DNA of 59,356 nucleotides from Planctomycetales bacterium (GTDB lineage Bacteria > Planctomycetota > Phycisphaerae > SM23-33), in NCBI GenBank assembly GCA_030592655.1, contig JAUVIQ010000001.1, positions 1 through 59,356 on the forward strand, read 5' to 3'. Position numbers and translations under genes: made by a program. Positions 48,726-57,876 of the stretch are shown in pieces. The notes under the pieces are model-generated. The model did not search any database, was not told where the DNA came from, and saw only the letters and a list, made by a program, of their open reading frames with translations. How positions within the stretch are numbered: position 1 is the first letter of the stretch; the number at the start of each line of letters is the position of its first letter.

Positions 48726-51700
48726 CTCTCAGCGCCGATAATATCTCCCCGCGCAATGCCGACGCGGTCGCCAGATATATCCACAATATCCCCCCGCAGG
48801 CCACTGCTGCAAGCGTCAGCAGCAGCGAAAGACCGGGCACAGCGCCGCCGGATGAACGAAGCACGGGTATAACCGCCACAAAACCGGACAACGAACCGCA
48901 CAATAAACCCATCGCCAGCAGGACAGAATGTTCGTAAAGCACCATCCGATATAGCACGGACCTGGAGAATCCCACAGCCTGAAGCAGCGCCAATTCGCCC
49001 CGGCGCTCCAACACATTCCGCAACACCACCACGCCAAGCCCCACGCTTCCCAACAGCAGCCCAAGTGAGCCCAAGGCCTGGAATATCGAAAGATAAGTAT
49101 TGCGAACGGCGTAAAAAGCGGCCAGCCTGTCGGTCGTCGGAGTCAATTCCAGACCGACGTCGGCGAGGCCGGGATCGGCGGTAAGCGTCCGTGTCAGGCT
49201 TTCGACCTCGCTGGGTGGGGCGTCTATCAGGAACGCGCGATAGCCGCTTTCGGAACCGAAATGCCCGGTGAAATTCCGCTCGGAAATTATCAGCCCGCCC
49301 TGAAGAATCGACCCTGCCAGCGCGCCGACCAGACGAATCCGAAATGTTTTTCCCCGCTCGTCGGTGTAAGCGAGCGTATCGCCGACGGATTTGCCCAATG
49401 CCCAGACGATAGTAGCCTGGTCGGCGACGGCGGGGGTCGCGCCGTCGGTCTCTATGCGGTTCAGAAGCCGCCACGGATCGTCGGTTTTTCCGATGGTCTT
49501 CGCGAAGGTGAACCGCCCACGCAGTTGTCCGGGTTCGACGCCCATAATCCTCGGCCTTTGCGGACGGTTGAGGTTGAGGCAGCTGGCGTCGTCGCCGTCG
49601 TGGATGCGGAACCGGACGCCTTCGGTCTCGTCGAGGTCGTCCGGAACCGGCAGCGCGCTCTCGCCGTACAGTGCGAACCCGCCGGTCGGCGAGGAAGATT
49701 TTCCGGTGTCCGTAAGGGGGTTTTTCCGATTAGCGCCGACAGCGACGATAAGAAAAACCCCGCACGCCAACAGCGCCACCGTCGCAAGCGACCGCCCCGG
49801 CCGACGGCCTGTATTTCGCATAGACAGACCGGCCAGTGTCATTTCCACAGAACGTGATAATCTTGATATCCACGCACGGACAAATGCCAAAGAGCCAATG
49901 AGCAGAACAGCGCCGGCCGCGAAGAAAACCGTCGGTGCATATCTGTCGTTCCCTGCGCTCACCGCAAGTATCGCAACCGCTGCGCCCACCGCAACCAAAC
50001 CGAACCATAAACCGAAATGTCGGGTGGCACCTTCAACCGGAGCGGAGCGGAGGTTGTGGGTGCTGGATGAACTGTGGAGCAGAGCACCCACAAGCTCCGC
50101 TTCACTTCGTTTCGCTCCGCTTGAAGGTGCCACCCGACCGCCGGTGAGCAACTGCCTTGCCGATAATGTCATCTGGCCTCGAAGCGTTATCCACATCGCC
50201 GCCAGCGCAATCAGCACGCCGGAGACACCTCCGACGGCAAGCGTCATCGGCTCGACGCCGAAGCGGATTGTCGATGTCCCCGCCGCTGCACCGGTCCAGA
50301 CGGTTCCCAGACCAAGGATAATCGCCTTTGTGTACATCAGCCCGGCAAACGTACCGATAACGCCGCCGATTAACGCCAGAACTCCACCTTCAGCCAGCAT
50401 CAGCCGGCGCACCTGGCCAGGCCTGAAGCCCATCGCCAGAAGCGTACCGACCTGCTCGGACCGCTGCTGGACGCCGAAGACGAACAGCAACCCCACCAGC
50501 AGCGCCGCCGATGCCATCAGGAAGAAACTCATCCCCAGGAACAGCGAACCAAAGTTCAGCGATTTTTTACCGGCGGCCACGGCTTCAGCGCGGACAGGGC
50601 GGAAGAACAGGCCCACCGATGCAGGATCAATCTCCGCCCGAAGCATGTCGCCCCGTACCCGGCTCGATACGGTGGACAGCGGGAAACGAATCGCCGTCAG
50701 GCCACCGAAGCGATTGGACCACATTTTCTTACCGGCCCGAAGTGTGACGAAGGCTTTGGGCGTGCCGCCGTAGCGGTTCCAGTAATCTTCGTCTTTGTCT
50801 CTGACCCTGCGCGGGTCGAAGTATTTCCCCGGCTTCCAGTCTTTGCAGTTTTTGACGCCGGTGATGCCGGGGAATTTCGGCATCAGTTCCCTGTCAGCAT
50901 CGCGTACATCCATCGAAGTGATGCGGCGAACGCGAAATTTACTTGTGCGAGTCTGAAGTTTCCGCGTCGGAGAGATAACGAAATACTCAAGTTCAATCTC
51001 ATCGCCGACCTTCGCTTGCAGATCGTCGGCGAGCCACTTGTTGATATTAATCTCATCGTCTTTGATGTCGAACGACAAACCGGGATGCTCTAAGCCCAGG
51101 GGTTCGAATCCCTGGGTTTCTTCTCGATTACCGAGCGGTCCCATCGCCGTTACCATCGAGTAAGGCGTCTTACGTTTTCCGCATCGAATTTCAGTAACGA
51201 AATATGTCAGTATGCCGTCGGCAGAGGGAATGATTTTCTTCGCCGCCTGCTCGACGGGATGCTCAATGAACACGCGGTCCGTGCGAAACTCGCCGTAACC
51301 GCCGGGTAATTCTCGCACTTCCAGTTCGGCGTCGGCGAGTTTCCAGTGCTTTCGCATAGCAGCGCCGGCCGACTTGGGATTTATTTTCGCGCCCTTGCCG
51401 AGAAGGAGCATATTCGCTCGCCCGGGGCGGTCTATCGCAGACTGTAATATCTCCAGCGGGACGAAAGCCGTCATTGGTGCGACCTGTTCCGCCCGGAGGC
51501 TGAAGCGTCCGAATTGGGATTCCGAAGCAACGGCTTTGACGGTCAGTCGCATCGCAACGGCGGTTTCGGCATCGCCCGACATTGGTGCATCGTTCGGCAT
51601 CAGGCCCGGCTTGCGGATGCGAAGGACGATACTGTCGCCGGGGCGAACGCCGAGCCTCCGGGCAAGCGGTTCGTTCAGGACAACCTCGCGGCTGGCCTTG

Positions 51701-52080
51701 CCGTCCAGCAGGACGTCTGCGCCCCCCAGGCGCCAGAACCGCTTATCGACTCCGAGGACACCAAGACGGTTGGCACGGGTATGGGTTTCGGAGTTGACGG
51801 CTGTGGCGTTCAGGTGAATTACCGGCGCGGCGCCGGCGTCCAGTTCGCCGGCGATCTCGTCGGCCAGTTCGGCGCGGAAGAACCTTTCCGGTGAAGCGAC
51901 GGCGAGAGTTACCTCTCCAAGGCGGCGTTCGGCGACGGCTTCGAGACTGAACTTCACCGAATCGCCGACTGCCAGCGCGCCGACCAGAACGGCCGTTCCG
52001 ACCGCGACGCCCGCGACGACGCCCAAATGCCCGCGCAGATAAAATCGCAGGCTGCGAAATATCAGCCTCCAGGTCGTCAT
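48718..52080 (-). CDS. ABC transporter permease with two FtsX domains (YbbP/MacB-type)
   Basis: 1120 aa. Two blocks, each of a TM helix, a large extracytoplasmic domain and three TM helices. It is coupled by ATGA to the ATPase gene. Confidence 0.85.
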   Translation of the reverse strand: MTTWRLIFRSLRFYLRGHLGVVAGVAVGTAVLVGALAVGDSVKFSLEAVAERRLGEVTLAVASPERFFRAELADEIAGELDAGAAPVIHLNATAVNSETHTRANRLGVLGVDKRFWRLGGADVLLDGKASREVVLNEPLARRLGVRPGDSIVLRIRKPGLMPNDAPMSGDAETAVAMRLTVKAVASESQFGRFSLRAEQVAPMTAFVPLEILQSAIDRPGRANMLLLGKGAKINPKSAGAAMRKHWKLADAELEVRELPGGYGEFRTDRVFIEHPVEQAAKKIIPSADGILTYFVTEIRCGKRKTPYSMVTAMGPLGNREETQGFEPLGLEHPGLSFDIKDDEININKWLADDLQAKVGDEIELEYFVISPTRKLQTRTSKFRVRRITSMDVRDADRELMPKFPGITGVKNCKDWKPGKYFDPRRVRDKDEDYWNRYGGTPKAFVTLRAGKKMWSNRFGGLTAIRFPLSTVSSRVRGDMLRAEIDPASVGLFFRPVRAEAVAAGKKSLNFGSLFLGMSFFLMASAALLVGLLFVFGVQQRSEQVGTLLAMGFRPGQVRRLMLAEGGVLALIGGVIGTFAGLMYTKAIILGLGTVWTGAAAGTSTIRFGVEPMTLAVGGVSGVLIALAAMWITLRGQMTLSARQLLTGGRVAPSSGAKRSEAELVGALLHSSSSTHNLRSAPVEGATRHFGLWFGLVAVGAAVAILAVSAGNDRYAPTVFFAAGAVLLIGSLAFVRAWISRLSRSVEMTLAGLSMRNTGRRPGRSLATVALLACGVFLIVAVGANRKNPLTDTGKSSSPTGGFALYGESALPVPDDLDETEGVRFRIHDGDDASCLNLNRPQRPRIMGVEPGQLRGRFTFAKTIGKTDDPWRLLNRIETDGATPAVADQATIVWALGKSVGDTLAYTDERGKTFRIRLVGALAGSILQGGLIISERNFTGHFGSESGYRAFLIDAPPSEVESLTRTLTADPGLADVGLELTPTTDRLAAFYAVRNTYLSIFQALGSLGLLLGSVGLGVVVLRNVLERRGELALLQAVGFSRSVLYRMVLYEHSVLLAMGLLCGSLSGFVAVIPVLRSSGGAVPGLSLLLTLAAVACGGILWIYLATASALRGEILSALRGE
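50022..50135. mobile_element. 114-bp palindromic element inserted in frame inside the permease CDS
   Basis: It belongs to the same element family as 44014-44126. 114 bp equals 38 codons, translated as RVAPSSGAKRSEAELVGALLHSSSSTHNLRSAPVEGAT, located between the two FtsX halves. Confidence 0.75.
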
Positions 52081-52808
52081 TTCAGACTATCTTTCTCGAC
52101 GAGCACGCCGTCGGTCAGTTCGAGCATTCGGTCCATCCGGCCGGCAAGGTCTGTCGAATGCGTTACGACGATCAACGCAGTTCCTTCTTCGCGGTTCAGT
52201 TCGACCATTAGTTCGGCGAGGTTATCCGAGGCGGCCTGGTCCAGCGAGCCTGTCGGCTCGTCGGCAAGCAGCAATTTCGGGGCGTTGATAAGCGCTCGAA
52301 CGACGGCGACTCGCTGGCGTTCGCCGCCGGAGAGTTGCCCGGGACGATATGAAACTCGCCCGGTAAGCCCGACCCGCTCCAGCAGCCTTTGGGCCCGCTC
52401 GGCAGCGCCGTCCCGGTCAGTTACAAGCGTCGGTACGAGGACATTTTCCAGAACAGTGCATTGCGGCAGAAGATGATGGAGTTGGAAGACGAAGCCTATT
52501 TGCCGGCTTCGGATGGCTGCGAGGGATTTTTCATCCTGTTGCGAGAGGTCCTGACCGTTCAACATTACCCGCCCGGAGGTGGGCTTATCCAGCGAACCGA
52601 TGATATTCAGCAGCGTGCTTTTACCCGAGCCGGAAGGACCGACAATCGCCACCGACTCGGCGGCATCGACCTGAAGCGAAAGACCCTTGAGAACCTCCGT
52701 CGCCGAAGCGATACCGGGAGAATCGTAACGTTTGTATATGTCAGTCAGTTCCAGAAGCGGGTTGGGCGACATGATTTTATCCTGATTGTCATTTTGGTCC
52801 GAAGGCAT
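52077..52808 (-). CDS. ABC transporter ATP-binding protein (LolD/MacB/YbbA-like)
   Basis: Walker A GPSGSGKSTLLN, signature LSGGERQRVAVVRAL and Walker B LLLADEPTGSLD. The start may be the internal Met at 52772. Confidence 0.9.
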   Translation of the reverse strand: MPSDQNDNQDKIMSPNPLLELTDIYKRYDSPGIASATEVLKGLSLQVDAAESVAIVGPSGSGKSTLLNIIGSLDKPTSGRVMLNGQDLSQQDEKSLAAIRSRQIGFVFQLHHLLPQCTVLENVLVPTLVTDRDGAAERAQRLLERVGLTGRVSYRPGQLSGGERQRVAVVRALINAPKLLLADEPTGSLDQAASDNLAELMVELNREEGTALIVVTHSTDLAGRMDRMLELTDGVLVEKDSLK

Positions 52809-54024
52809 ATACCGTCCCGTCCTCGCTTCCGACGATAATCGCCGAACCTGCCACGGCGGGCGAAGCCGTTATTGGCTGTCCTACTTCATAAGACCATAAT
52901 TTGGCTCCATCCGAAAGTCTCAGCAGGTACAGCCTGCCGTCGTCGCTGCCGACGACGACCTTGTCGCCGCAGACGACGGGGGAACTATCAACATTGCCGC
53001 CGGTCCTGAAGACCCAAACCCGCTTTCCGGTTTTACGGTCGATGCAATGGACCCACTCATCCTGTGAGCCGAACACGACGTAATCGTCCGTTACCGCCGG
53101 CGATGAAAAGACCGGGCCGTCCATATCATCGTACCGCCAGAGGATTTTGCCGGACAAGAGGTCCACGCAGACGATCTCGTTGTCGTAATGACCGACATAC
53201 GCCCGACTGCCCACTATCGCCGGCGAAGAGACGATGGGAGCATCGACCTCGATACTGCGCGAGAATGTGCCGTCGGCGATGTTGACGACATAGAGGCAAC
53301 TCCCACAGTTTCCGAAGACAGCCTTCCCGTCGGCCAGGGCGGGAGCGCCGTTTATAAATTGTTCCGTCTCGTATGCCCAGACGCCTTTACCGTCGGATGC
53401 GTCCACGCAGTGCAATTTTTTGTCGTAACTACCGAAGAGTATCCACGTTTTACCGGATGCGATGCGGACCCGGTTGGCTGAACCGAGGATTTGTCCGCCG
53501 GCTTTGTATTTCCATTTTTCACCGCCCGTTTCAGCGTCGATGGCGTAGAGAATCGAATCGGTCGAGCCGACCAGGACCATTCCGTCGGCGAGGATCGGCG
53601 GCGCTTCGATCTCCCCGCCGGTCGGGAATACCCAGACTCTTTTCCCGTCGAGCAGGTTGAGGGCATAGACGTTCGAATCTGCCGAAGCGACGAACACCTT
53701 CCCGCCGCCGACGGCGACCGACGATTTGACAAGCCCGTCAGTGTGGAATACCCAGATGAGTTTGAATGAATCACCGAGATTGCCCCCGGCGATACCCCGC
53801 AGCGCCTTTCCGCCGCGAAATATCGGCCAATGCGCGTCGGCGACGTCGGCCGGTGCGAAACTCCCGCCGCCCGGAGCGTCGCGAACGGGCCGGCTGGCGA
53901 CTGGAGCGGTCGTCGTTTCGGCGTCCGGGCCGAACGAACCGCTCATCACAACTATCGCCCACGCCGCAACGCCGACAACAACCGCAAGGATTATCTCTAT
54001 CGAAACGGACTTCATTGCTAACAC
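52789..54024 (-). CDS. PQQ-like (BamB-type) beta-propeller repeat protein
   Basis: A signal anchor, then repeats VYALNLLDGKRVWVF, LYAIDAETGGEKWKY, LHCVDASDGKGVWAY, VHCIDRKTGKRVWVF. Confidence 0.75.
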   Translation of the reverse strand: MLAMKSVSIEIILAVVVGVAAWAIVVMSGSFGPDAETTTAPVASRPVRDAPGGGSFAPADVADAHWPIFRGGKALRGIAGGNLGDSFKLIWVFHTDGLVKSSVAVGGGKVFVASADSNVYALNLLDGKRVWVFPTGGEIEAPPILADGMVLVGSTDSILYAIDAETGGEKWKYKAGGQILGSANRVRIASGKTWILFGSYDKKLHCVDASDGKGVWAYETEQFINGAPALADGKAVFGNCGSCLYVVNIADGTFSRSIEVDAPIVSSPAIVGSRAYVGHYDNEIVCVDLLSGKILWRYDDMDGPVFSSPAVTDDYVVFGSQDEWVHCIDRKTGKRVWVFRTGGNVDSSPVVCGDKVVVGSDDGRLYLLRLSDGAKLWSYEVGQPITASPAVAGSAIIVGSEDGTVYAFGPK

Positions 54025-54026
54025 CG

Positions 54027-54136
54027 GTAATTTGTAATTGGTAATTCGTAATTCGTAATTGGTGATTCGTGATTCTTAATTGGTAACAGAGCGTCGGTTT
54101 TTTTTACTAATTACCAATTACGAATTACCAATTCAC
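54027..54136. repeat. heptamer-stutter hairpin (GTAATTS units)
   Basis: Left arm gtaattt gtaattg gtaattc gtaattc gtaattg gtgattc gtgattc ttaattg gtaac. Loop with T8. Right arm ttaccaattacgaattaccaattcac, complementary to the left arm. The right arm overlaps the pseudopilin stop codon. Confidence 0.8.
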
Positions 54137-54891
54137 GGATTGAGCAGATCGGCGTATTCGAAGATTTCGTCTATACGTGGAAAAAGCGCCGGTTCGTCTC
54201 CGCTTCGCATCGTCATAGCGTCATTCGTGTTCGGAAAAATGGCGGCATGACCGGCAGCGAAACCTACGGAGACCTTCTCGGCATTGTGATTGACGCGTGT
54301 GTACCACGGCATGAACGGAATCTTCATCCGGCTGTTCATATCAAGAATCAGCGCGGTAACGCGATTACCCTGCGCATTGACGCCGAGGTCGTCGATGCAT
54401 CGACCGAAGTCTTCGGTTCCCGTTGCCCGCGCGTCGAGTTGACGGTACGAGTACGAGCTGTGAGCCGGTTCGCCGGAGCGCTCCTGAATCTTTACCAGGT
54501 CTTTTGCCGGTTCGTCCGAGTTATCGCTGGGGCAGAAGAGTATCTGCGGCTGGGGAAGGTACTTTTCCAGCAGCACGCCGTGCGCGTCGTAGGTTTTTCG
54601 GACGTCGCCGATCCAAATCCTGTGCGTCGCGACGTCGCAGATACGCGGACGGAATCCCGGCGGCGCGAGCATCAGTTCCGAATCAGGCCCGGTGGGAATC
54701 TTATCGTTCTCTTCTGTGGCGTACATTGCAATCGCCCGCAATTGCCCGCCGACGTTGGTTACGCAGATCGTCTGACGTGCAAGTTCCTTGGCCTTTCCGA
54801 GCGTCGGTAAAAGAATCGACACAAGCAGCGTGATAATCGCCACAACAACCAATAATTCCACAAGCGTGAACCCACGACGAGAAACCGACAT
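54133..54891 (-). CDS. prepilin-type N-terminal cleavage/methylation domain protein (DUF1559-like pseudopilin)
   Basis: [25 protein letters not shown] is the canonical G/FTLxE prepilin motif plus hydrophobic helix. Confidence 0.85.
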   Translation of the reverse strand: MSVSRRGFTLVELLVVVAIITLLVSILLPTLGKAKELARQTICVTNVGGQLRAIAMYATEENDKIPTGPDSELMLAPPGFRPRICDVATHRIWIGDVRKTYDAHGVLLEKYLPQPQILFCPSDNSDEPAKDLVKIQERSGEPAHSSYSYRQLDARATGTEDFGRCIDDLGVNAQGNRVTALILDMNSRMKIPFMPWYTRVNHNAEKVSVGFAAGHAAIFPNTNDAMTMRSGDEPALFPRIDEIFEYADLLNP

Positions 54892-54896
54892 CCGTT

Positions 54897-56264
54897 TTAC
54901 TCCTTACCTATGCACCAGAGATTCTTGTAGCCTCGAATATAAAGGCGTTTGCCCCGGAATACGGGCGAGGAGCGGAACGTTTCCAGTCTGTTCCTGGCCA
55001 CTTCCTCGTATTCCCGTCCGGGTTTCAGCACGACGGTTCTCCCGTTGTCGCTGCTGACGTACAGATATTTACCGGCCAGTGTGATACTCGGGTAGGGCTT
55101 CCCTCCAAGACGGAGATTCTTCGTATAGACGACCGACCCGTCCTTTGAGTCGATAACGCTGAAGATACTCCCTTGCGTAACCGCATAGACAAGCCCTTGA
55201 TGCAACACGGGCGAAGCATAGTATCGGTCCTTCTTCAATGTTGCCCGCCAGAGAGGTCTGCGGCTTATTTTCTCGGAGGCGTCTTTGGGTAGTTTGAAAA
55301 CCTCGGACTTGGTCTGGATGAAATACGCCTTGTCGCTGTCAATAATCGGCGTGTTATATTTCAGTCCCGGCAGGCGATTGGTCAAAACCTCCCCGTCGGA
55401 GATGCGAATAACGCTGCCGCTGGAGTTAATTACTACGTCGGTCCGTCCGATTTTTGCGTGAACCAGCGAACCCCAGCATTGCCTCGCCTTGGCCTGCCAG
55501 AGAATCTCGCCGCTTTTCGCATCAAGAGCGAAAAGACCGATTATGTGAACGAGCAGTTTATCGCCTACCAGCAGGGGCGAGGCGCTGTGCCCGTATCCTT
55601 GCGTGGGCTTTTCTATCAACTTTATCCACTTGCGGTTTCCGGCCAGGTCGTAACATGCCGCTACGCCCGTACCGAAAAGCACATAGACGTGCTTACCGTC
55701 GCTGACCGGCGTGCTCGATGAGTATCCGTTGGTCTTGTGGGCCTTGGGCATGCGATACTTCGTAAAGGGCTTCATCTCGGCCTTGAGCGCCCGAATCTGT
55801 TTGTTCAGATTCTGGATTTTCTCTTTCAGTTCCGCGTCCTTTGGGGACTTTCCCAATTGGCGACGCGCCCGGCGACGCGAAAGGTCGAGCGGGGCGATTT
55901 TTCGGGAAATGGCTTCTGCTTTTGTGTTGTCGCTTTTGGCTTTGGCGGCTCCGGCTGCATCCAGCATGTCGAAATAGGTGTTCGTCCTGGTCCAGAAGAT
56001 TTTCCCGTCGGCGAGGTTGACGCAGACAAGCGTGGTCGGCTCGGAGCAGACGAAGAGTTTGTTACCGACGATTATCGGCGTGGCGTTGCTCCAGGAGGGC
56101 ATGGGCGTCTTCCAGACGATATTGGCGTCGGCCGACCATTTCATCGGCGGCGCAGCGGCGGGATACTTGCCCGTCCCGTCAGTCCGCCAACCGACCGGCC
56201 CGGCATGGGCCAAAGAAAAGATGATGAGCAGACATACAAGGCAAGTCAGAAACACTGTTCTCAT
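54897..56264 (-). CDS. secreted PQQ-like beta-propeller repeat protein with coiled-coil insert
   Basis: Signal peptide, PQQ-type repeats, and a charged insert ([15 protein letters not shown]...[19 protein letters not shown]). Confidence 0.75.
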   Translation of the reverse strand: MRTVFLTCLVCLLIIFSLAHAGPVGWRTDGTGKYPAAAPPMKWSADANIVWKTPMPSWSNATPIIVGNKLFVCSEPTTLVCVNLADGKIFWTRTNTYFDMLDAAGAAKAKSDNTKAEAISRKIAPLDLSRRRARRQLGKSPKDAELKEKIQNLNKQIRALKAEMKPFTKYRMPKAHKTNGYSSSTPVSDGKHVYVLFGTGVAACYDLAGNRKWIKLIEKPTQGYGHSASPLLVGDKLLVHIIGLFALDAKSGEILWQAKARQCWGSLVHAKIGRTDVVINSSGSVIRISDGEVLTNRLPGLKYNTPIIDSDKAYFIQTKSEVFKLPKDASEKISRRPLWRATLKKDRYYASPVLHQGLVYAVTQGSIFSVIDSKDGSVVYTKNLRLGGKPYPSITLAGKYLYVSSDNGRTVVLKPGREYEEVARNRLETFRSSPVFRGKRLYIRGYKNLWCIGKE

Positions 56265-56276
56265 TGTTTTTTTTCC

Positions 56277-57725
56277 TTATCTGATTTTTTTCAGCAGTTT
56301 TTTTGCATCACGTGCATACCGGGAGTCTTTGTGGTTCTCGACGATGTCCGTCAGGATGGCCTTGGCCTTTTCCTTCATACCTGCAGACAGATATGACTTC
56401 GCCATTCCAAGTTTCCCACGGGCCGGGTCCGAATCGTCCGGGGAAGACTTCTTCACGACCGGATCGACTTTGGGTTTCGGGTTTTTGACGGTCGGTTTGG
56501 GTGGTTTGGGGGCGACCTTAATGCAGACGAGTTCGCCCTGGTGGCTTCGGCAGAATACCCGCCCGCCGGAAAGGACCGGAACGGTCCAGCAGGTGCCCGA
56601 AAGCGCCTTGACGCGGGCCAGTTCCTTGTAGCCGGCCGGTGAAGGCTCTGCGACGACCAGCGTCCCACGCGCCTCCATGATAACCATCTTCCCACCGGCG
56701 ATCATAAGCGAACTTTGTCGCCCGAAGCCCCTTTGCGACCACTTGACCTTGCCGGTGGCGAAGTCCAGGCACTTGAACCGATTCGACCAGTCGAATCCGT
56801 AAAGGTGCCCCTTCCACAGCACGCAACTGTTGAAATGATTGGCCATCCTCTTGTGCTGCCAGAGGACGGTAAGTTTTTTGCCTTCGATCTTCAGCAGCGC
56901 GCAACCGTGGCCGTAGCCTGAGGATATGAAGACCTTATCGCCCGATATAATCGGGTCGGCGGCGTTGACGTTGGAGCCGGTTTTCCAGTGATGCCTGCAA
57001 ATGTTGTTTCCTTTCGCCGGGTCCACTATTTCAAGCGTCTTTTCAGCAAAGATGGCTACGCACTTTCGCTTGCCCAGCTCGAACGGTACGGGTGTTGCGT
57101 AACCGGACTTTCCGGAGCCGCTCTTCCAGGCGATTTCTCCGGCGCCTTTATCCAGCGCCACGCCGGCGGAACCGACGTTCAGTATCAACAGTTTACCGAA
57201 TACCAGAGGCGAACCGGAAAACCCCCATCCGGGAGGTCTGGCGTTGAGCTTCTTCTTCCAGCGTTCGGTCCCCGACTTGGCATCGAGACAGAATACGTGT
57301 CCTTCCCGGCTTAGGGTATAGACGTTTTTACTATCGACCGTCGGGGTCGCACGCGGACCTTTATAATCTTTGGCGGGCTTGCAGGTGTAGGTGTGTTTCC
57401 ATATCTCCTCGCCCGTGTCGGCGTTCAGGCACCAGATGGTGTCGGTTTTACCGTCGTTTCCCATCGTATAGACGCGGTCGCCGACGACTGCTACCGAAGA
57501 GTAACCCACGCCGACGGATTTTTTCCAGAGTTGCTTCGTACCGTTTTTCAGCCAGTGCTCCAGCCAGCCCTTCTCGTCGGAGATACCGTTATGATCAGGC
57601 CCGCGCCAGTTGGGCCAATCGGCAGCCTCGGCCCGGCCCGCCGTCAGAAGCACAAGCGTAACCGTCGCTGCGACAATCGCCACTGCCGTCAAAAGACGTC
57701 TGCCTGTAAATGTGGAAAAATCCAT
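56277..57725 (-). CDS. secreted PQQ-like beta-propeller repeat protein with Lys/Pro linker and TPR-like tail
   Basis: The start is trimmed to MDFSTFTGRRLL (57725), preceded by GGGAGGA. PQQ repeats are present (IWCLNADTGEEIWKH, VFCLDAKSGTERWKK). Confidence 0.75.
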   Translation of the reverse strand: MDFSTFTGRRLLTAVAIVAATVTLVLLTAGRAEAADWPNWRGPDHNGISDEKGWLEHWLKNGTKQLWKKSVGVGYSSVAVVGDRVYTMGNDGKTDTIWCLNADTGEEIWKHTYTCKPAKDYKGPRATPTVDSKNVYTLSREGHVFCLDAKSGTERWKKKLNARPPGWGFSGSPLVFGKLLILNVGSAGVALDKGAGEIAWKSGSGKSGYATPVPFELGKRKCVAIFAEKTLEIVDPAKGNNICRHHWKTGSNVNAADPIISGDKVFISSGYGHGCALLKIEGKKLTVLWQHKRMANHFNSCVLWKGHLYGFDWSNRFKCLDFATGKVKWSQRGFGRQSSLMIAGGKMVIMEARGTLVVAEPSPAGYKELARVKALSGTCWTVPVLSGGRVFCRSHQGELVCIKVAPKPPKPTVKNPKPKVDPVVKKSSPDDSDPARGKLGMAKSYLSAGMKEKAKAILTDIVENHKDSRYARDAKKLLKKIR

Positions 57726-57830
57726 TTTCGGCGTTCCTCCCATATAAAATGTCCGGAACTTGCCCAAAACTACCAATTCAACATATATAACCCACTCATT
57801 ACGGCGAAGGTGCGGTTTTTTTGTATTTTC

Positions 57831-57860
57831 AAAGCCGATGGATAGCTATCCATCGGCTTT
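57831..57860. promoter_or_regulatory. perfect 30-bp palindrome AAAGCCGATGGATAG|CTATCCATCGGCTTT
   Basis: Read directly from the sequence. It lies about 105-135 bp upstream of the first gene of the PQQ array and 17 bp downstream of the DUF502 gene stop. The U-tract geometry does not fit a canonical intrinsic terminator on the minus strand. Confidence 0.4.
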
Positions 57861-57876
57861 AGACGTCCGGCGTGGG

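Noticed and set aside
54027-54136. Possible CRISPR array (and likewise the arrays at 3543-3654 and 58988-59181)
   Set aside because: The repeat period is only 7-10 bp with no unique spacers, and no cas genes are present. These are tandem or inverted micro-repeats, not CRISPRs.
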